This document shows positions 61,283 to 64,000 of a stretch of DNA of 64,000 nt, piece by piece; the stretch's first letter is position 1, and each line of letters starts with the position of its first letter. The position numbers and the translations under genes were made by a program. Source of the stretch: Macrostomum hystrix (lineage: Eukaryota; Animalia; Platyhelminthes); contig CATNEN010000038.1 in assembly GCA_950097015.1 (NCBI GenBank), positions 21,204,001 to 21,268,000 on the forward strand. The letters are read 5' to 3'. The notes below the pieces were generated by a model. That model saw only the letters and a list, made by a program, of their open reading frames with translations, searched no databases and was not told the origin of the DNA.

Positions 61283-62482
61283 GACTGGCGAATCCCTAAC
61301 CACAGTAAGACTGGGGAATCCCATAGTCAATCCCTAACCACAGTAAGACTGGGGAATCCCATAGTCAATCCCTAACCACAGTAAGACTGGGGAATCCCAT
61401 AGTCAATCCCTAACCACAGTAAGACTGGGGAATCCCATAGTCAATCCCTAACCACAGTAAGACTGGGGAATCCCATTGTCAATCCCTAACCACAGTAAGA
61501 CTGGGGAATCCCATTGTCAATCCCTAACCACAGTAAGACTGGGGAATCCCATTGTCAATCCCTAACCACAGTAAGACTGGGGAATCCCATAGTCAATCCC
61601 TAACCACAGTAAGACTGGGGAATTCCATAGTCAATCCCTAACCACAGTAAGACTGGGGAATCCCATTGTCAATCCCTAACCACAGTAAGACTGGGGAATC
61701 CCATAGTCAATCCCTAACCACAGTAAGACTGGGGAATCCCATAGTCAATCCCTAACCACAGTAAGACTGGGGAATCCCATAGTCAATCCCTAACCACAGT
61801 AAGACTGGGGAATCCCATAGTCAATCCCTAACCACAGTAAGACTGGGGAATCCCATAGTCAATCCCTAACCACAGTAAGACTGGGGAATCCCATTGTCAA
61901 TCCCTAACCACAGTAAGACTGGGGAATCCCATTGTCAATCCCTAACCACAGTAAGACTGGGGAATCCCATAGTCAATCCCTAACCACAGTAAGACTGGGG
62001 AATTCCATAGTCAATCCCTAACCACAGTAAGACTGGGGAATCCCATAGTCAATCCCTAACCACAGTAAGACTGGGGAATCCCATAGTCAATCCCTAACCA
62101 CAGTAAGACTGGGGAATCCTATAGTCAATCCTAACCACAGTAAGACTGGGGAATCCCATAGCCAATCCCTAACCACAGTAAGACTGGGGAATCCCATAGT
62201 CAATCACTAACCACAGTAAGACTGGGGAATCCCATAGTCAATCACTAACCACAGTAAGACTGGGGAATCCCACAGTCAATCACTAACCACAGTAAGACTG
62301 GGGAATCCCATAGTCAATCACTAACCACAGTAAGACTGGGGAATCCCACAGTCAATCACTAACCACAGTAAGACTCCGGAATCCCACAGTCAATCTCTAA
62401 CCACAGTAAGACTGGGGAATCCCATAGTCAATCCCTAACCACAGTAAGACTGGGGAATCCCATAGTGAATCCCTAACCACAG
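61283..62482. repeat. 38-bp minisatellite (AATCCCTAACCACAGTAAGACTGGGGAATCCCATAGTC)
   Basis: About 31 tandem copies. Confidence 0.95.
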
Positions 62483-63609
62483 AAAAACTTGAACCAGGAT
62501 TTAAAGACTTGAAAGTCAAGCTCAGAAAGATACATGTTTTTGTCGATAACTGGAAGTCTTTAATTTAGAACAAAAATCTTTAGCCGGCAGCTAACAAGGG
62601 TAATAATCGTTATTAAATAAAAATTTATTTAAACACTTTCGTGCGCTCTCTTAAACTTAAACTTACTTTAACGCATCACAGTACTTTTAGTAGACAAAAA
62701 TTTTTCCCACATAGACGCAATGGAGTTTAACATATTTGGTCGAAAATTGACGATTTTTGCATTATTGAATTCCACATAAAAAAACGACCGTCAGCACAAC
62801 ACATAGAAATAATATATAACTCTTTCATTCGATTTCAATAATAATTCTTCTTGATAAAAAACTAATCCGAAACAATTAGGGTTCGGGACAATGCGAACCA
62901 TGATCGATTGATCAAGAAAAAACTGTAAATTTGTATCGAATCTAGCTACTCGGTTGCAAGTAGTATGATAAAGACGCACGGTGAAGTCTATTAATTGGGA
63001 TGGCAAAAATTGACTTTGAATTAACAAATGAGTTAAAACTTCACACCCACACTTTGCTACTACGATTAAAAGTAGTATACGATTGTGTTATTTTAGTGAG
63101 AAAGTCAAGCTTTTTGGGTTGTATTCGAAATATCTTTGATCGATGTTTTGTTTTAAAACAGCAACGGGCAAATCATGTTGAACTTTGCTAATGAATTTCA
63201 CTCTAATCGGACATTCATACTAGCTACAGTTAGCAAGGATTGTGAAACAAAAAATCGGTTGGTTATCGTAATCAAATAATAAAATACTCATAGATTTAAA
63301 GACAACAAAATAATGTTTTTGAAAGAAAGAAATAAGGTCATCACAAACCGAATTAAATTTACCAAATCAATTATTCATAGAAACCATCATAGTAGTTATT
63401 AAAATCAGCCGGTCTTCTGTTAAATATAAATAATTATCTATAGTATAATAGCAGTACTTCTATATTCTGAACTACCACGGCGCGTTCGACAAGCTAGCGG
63501 TCAGCCACCTTAGTCCGTGGACACATTTGACAAATGACATTTTACAAATGATGCTTGAAGACAGCTTTTCTAGATCAAGCTTCACAAAGAAACCTATTCT
63601 TTTTCGTAG

Positions 63610-64000
63610 CGGTGTCAGTGACCAGGTAATATTGAGGTCATAACGGCTTCAATGACCAAGTAATACCCAGGTCATAAAGGAGTCAATGACTAAGTAATAC
63701 CTAGTTCATAACGGTGTCAATGGCCAAGTAATACCTAGTTCATAACGGTGTCAATGGCCAAGTAATACCTAGTTCATAACGGTGTCAATGGCCAAGTAAT
63801 ACCTAGTTCATAACGGTGTCAATGGCCAAGTAATACCTAGTTCATAACGGTGTCAATGGCCAAGTAATACCTAGTTCATAACGGTGTCAATGGCCAAGTA
63901 ATACCTAGTTCATAACGGTGTCAATGGCCAAGTAATACCTAGTTCATAACGGTGTCAATAGCCAAGTAATACCTAGTTCATAACGGTGTCAATGACTAAG
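63610..64000. repeat. 34-bp minisatellite (CAATGGCCAAGTAATACCTAGTTCATAACGGTGT), runs off the right edge
   Basis: Direct repetition. Confidence 0.94.

Noticed and set aside
61283-62482. CRISPR-like palindromic 34-41 bp repeats (also at 21.4, 32, 39 and 63.6 kb)
   Set aside because: Head-to-tail units with no unique spacers, no cas genes, and a eukaryotic context

Overview
Eukaryotic (animal) genomic DNA with GT-AG introns, most of which are filled with minisatellites; the style suggests a free-living flatworm such as Macrostomum (inference only). Left to right, on the minus strand: an intronless Vav-like gene running off the left edge (missed by the ORF track), a GT15/KRE2-type mannosyltransferase 3' fragment, four tandem intronless secreted C-type lectin + PAN/apple genes (with a Merlin element between copies 1 and 2), an intronless MATE/SLC47 transporter, a two-exon vasopressin/CCAP/GnRH-superfamily GPCR, Inturned (INTU) and a catalytically dead MINDY4-family gene. 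A head-to-head DCUN1D3-like gene follows on the plus strand. The right part has a 70-bp satellite, a three-level transposon nest (decayed piggyBac > Tc1 > intact Gypsy/Mag LTR element) and further tandem arrays. The most interesting observations are the lectin-PAN cluster (homogenised scaffold, hypervariable sugar-binding patch, possible inter-domain disulfide), a Vav paralog without its regulatory acidic region and with a degenerate DH domain, a MATE missing its key glutamates, and an intronic minisatellite that multiplies the intron's own splice donor about 50 times. All protein family calls are from motif recognition by eye; no searches were run.
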